A DNA stretch of 64,000 nt from Vicugna vicugna (lineage: Eukaryota), in NCBI GenBank assembly GCA_013265495.1, contig MU058781.1, forward strand, positions 6,538,522 to 6,602,521. The letters are read 5' to 3'. Shown here piece by piece: positions 61,441-64,000 of the stretch (positions are counted from its first letter, which is position 1; each line of letters starts with the position of its first letter). The translations under genes were made by a program, and so were the position numbers. Below the pieces are notes generated by a model. That model was not told the DNA's origin. It made no database searches and saw only the letters and a list, made by a program, of their open reading frames with translations.

Positions 61441-64000
61441 TATATATATGTATAGTTCAAAATAACAGTTTACATAGAAAGCATCTAATATCACCAATTA
61501 TCAGATACAAATAATTAACTTCCACACTTTTATACCATCTTTACCACCAAGCTACACTATTTCAATCATGATATTAATCATATAAGTCAAATGTGAAGCC
61601 AAATTTACAGTAACTTGGAATTTATAGTACATTCCAGCACTGAAGGAACCATGCTGTATCAAGCATAGTTTACAGAACCAGTGACACCTCTGACTATAAC
61701 CACCAAGACTATAATCCTGAGACTGAAGTCATATCCTGACAGCTCTTGTCCCAGTGTGCTAGAGTCCTTGGAGAGAATCTGCTGGTCTTGATTCACTGGC
61801 AAGGAAGTGCCCAGATCAGAAACTTGCCCTCCCTGACTCCTAGATGGAATGGCCTGGCAGGCATCTTTCTTCATACCTGTCACAGTTGGTGGCTGCCAAG
61901 GTACATTATAAACTTTTTTCTCTGTTCTTCTAAGGGGAAAAAAAGGCTGTAAAAAATTTCCAAATATAATGGACAAAATTAGTCTACTTTCTTTTGTGCG
62001 TTGGTGTCCCAGCTTCATGCCCCACTCTACCACTAACTCCTTACGAGACTCTCCAGGTATACAAGCTCTTCCCCTGAAGCAATTCATCCTTCTTCAGTAC
62101 AACTGTATGTCTTTCACAATTCTTAGCTAGGTGTGTGACAAGCAGGGTAAAGTAATTCTTAATAAGCGAAGTCCCAGGAAAGATCTGCACCTGAATCTTT
62201 CATTGCGCTACAGATATAGGAGAGTGAACTGTAGCCACAGCCCATTTGTCCTTTTCACCAAACTCAGAATTTCCAGCACAGGAGAGTGGACTGGCTGAGA
62301 CTCAGAAATCATTCCTTTCTTGGAGACTTATTGGGTGCCTAGGACAACATTCATATCCCAGTTTTGAAAGGAAAAGAACATGCAAAAGAGCTGGGCCAAA
62401 CTCAGGCAAAACATCAGAATAGAAAATCAGTAAGCTTCAGGGAGATAAGGAAAAATCTACATCCTCCTTTAGGCTTGATCTCAATTGTTGACCTCACTTT
62501 ATGATGATTTCTTTGAAGTAAAACAATATATGAGGGAACAGTAATACATTGGTCCCACGTTCAAGTGACTGAGTTACCAGAAACTTTACCAAACTTGACA
62601 GCAAAGAAGGAATAAGCAGCAAGAAAAAATCTGCATTCCAAACGTCCCACTGCCTAGTTTTCCCCTGAAATAGTACCAGCCTCACTATGGGGTGAAGTAA
62701 CCTTTTGTACATAGTTTGGGATTCTAAAATAACATTGTTTCTTTGCTGAAATTCAGTTTGGAGTTACAAATCACCAAATCTAGAATTCCTCACATATTTT
62801 TGGCATAGAACTCATTGTTCAGTTAGGAATTACTAGTAGTAGAATGGGTTATAAGAAGTTATTCTGATTTTAAAACTTAAAAGAATCTGTCCACATTCAA
62901 CCATACAAATAATTATTAAACATTCCTCTAAGAGATACTATATGTAAATTGGAAAAAAATCAAATGGCATGGAACATTAAGAGGGATTCTTGAACTCCTT
63001 CCAGCCATATTAGGAGTTAGGTTTTGAGAGAAGGGAGTAATTATCTAGTACTTATATTTAAGCAATTTCTGTAAGTGGTGAAATTTTACCTCTACAAAAC
63101 CTGTGACATTCTGTAGCTCACAGAATGGGAAGCCATCACTTGTAAATTTTCTATTATAAAGTAGCTATTTTCTTTATTCAACCTCTATTCATAATTTCTA
63201 TTCCTATCAGCCTTTAGGTCTGGACAAAATTGAAATGGCTCTGAGAAGTGATCTTATGTTTTGGCTTGTTTCATTGGGTTGTCTTCACTGGAGAAATTCA
63301 TTTCTCCCATACTAGGTTTTAAACTCCAAGATTTTTTTTCTCACTGCTATATTCTGAACACATGGATCAGTGTTGACGCATATCATTGGTTCTACATGTA
63401 CTATAGCTCACTTGCCCAACATCCAATTACTACCAATGCCAACTGTTTCCATTTTACTGTAACAAGTAATACAGTGATGAATACAACTCAGCTATATAAC
63501 CTTTCCTAGCTTGCATCCATTTATTATATTGCATGACAAATTAATATTTCTCAAATTCATTTATTCATGATAAAGCATTCATGAGTATTATGACCAAATC
63601 CCTATGAAAATGTGACGTATGAATTATTATCCTCTTACCTTTGCCATCAGTATGCCATTTTTGTAGCCAATTTAGGAATCTACCTACCACTTAAACATTT
63701 TTTTGAAATGACGTTTTTTTCCAGGTCAGTGGAGAACCCCATACTTTAGAAATCTCTCTGTCTGATGGCCTTCACACTGACTAAAATGTTTATATCCTGG
63801 TTCCCTGTCTTATTGCTAGAAAGAATGGACATCTGTCAGTTGGATAACATGATAGCCATTGGCAAGACCAGACTCAAATAGCTGACTCAGGATCACTCGG
63901 GAATTTCAGGACTCCCATCATGGCAGGGGGATGGAGGGTATGTTGATGGATGGGAGTGAAGAGTACTTCAGCAGGGGCGTTTGGGTGGAAAGGATATCGC

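Noticed and set aside
1..64000. CRISPR array, operon or prokaryotic defence-type system
   Set aside because: The sequence is mammalian intron-exon DNA; no regularly spaced repeat-spacer array or long intronless ORF cluster is present.

Overview
Mammalian genomic DNA, almost entirely occupied by NUP153 (nuclear pore basket nucleoporin) on the minus strand. Coding exons 1-20 were traced base by base with GT-AG splice sites and consistent phases: ATG at 59704, last exon in the window ending at 5252, 4174 coding nt (about 1391 aa). They include four RanBP2-type zinc fingers and most of the FG-repeat domain. The last exons lie outside the window, left of base 1. A CpG-island promoter lies at about 59.1-60.4 kb. 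Introns contain LINE-1 fragments (mostly antisense to the gene), MIR, L2, hAT-type MITEs and seven copies of a tRNA-derived SINE resembling the camelid vic-1 family, suggesting a camelid genome (inference). I found no convincing new multi-gene system. The best unexplained signal is a roughly 190-nt strand-biased RNA structure with a G/U-rich apex in intron 11. Other leads are inverted SINE pairs bracketing exon blocks, an in-frame alternative acceptor at exon 15, a candidate 49-codon uORF and a site hit repeatedly by retroposition. Comparisons to human NUP153 and repeat family names come from memory, not from a search.
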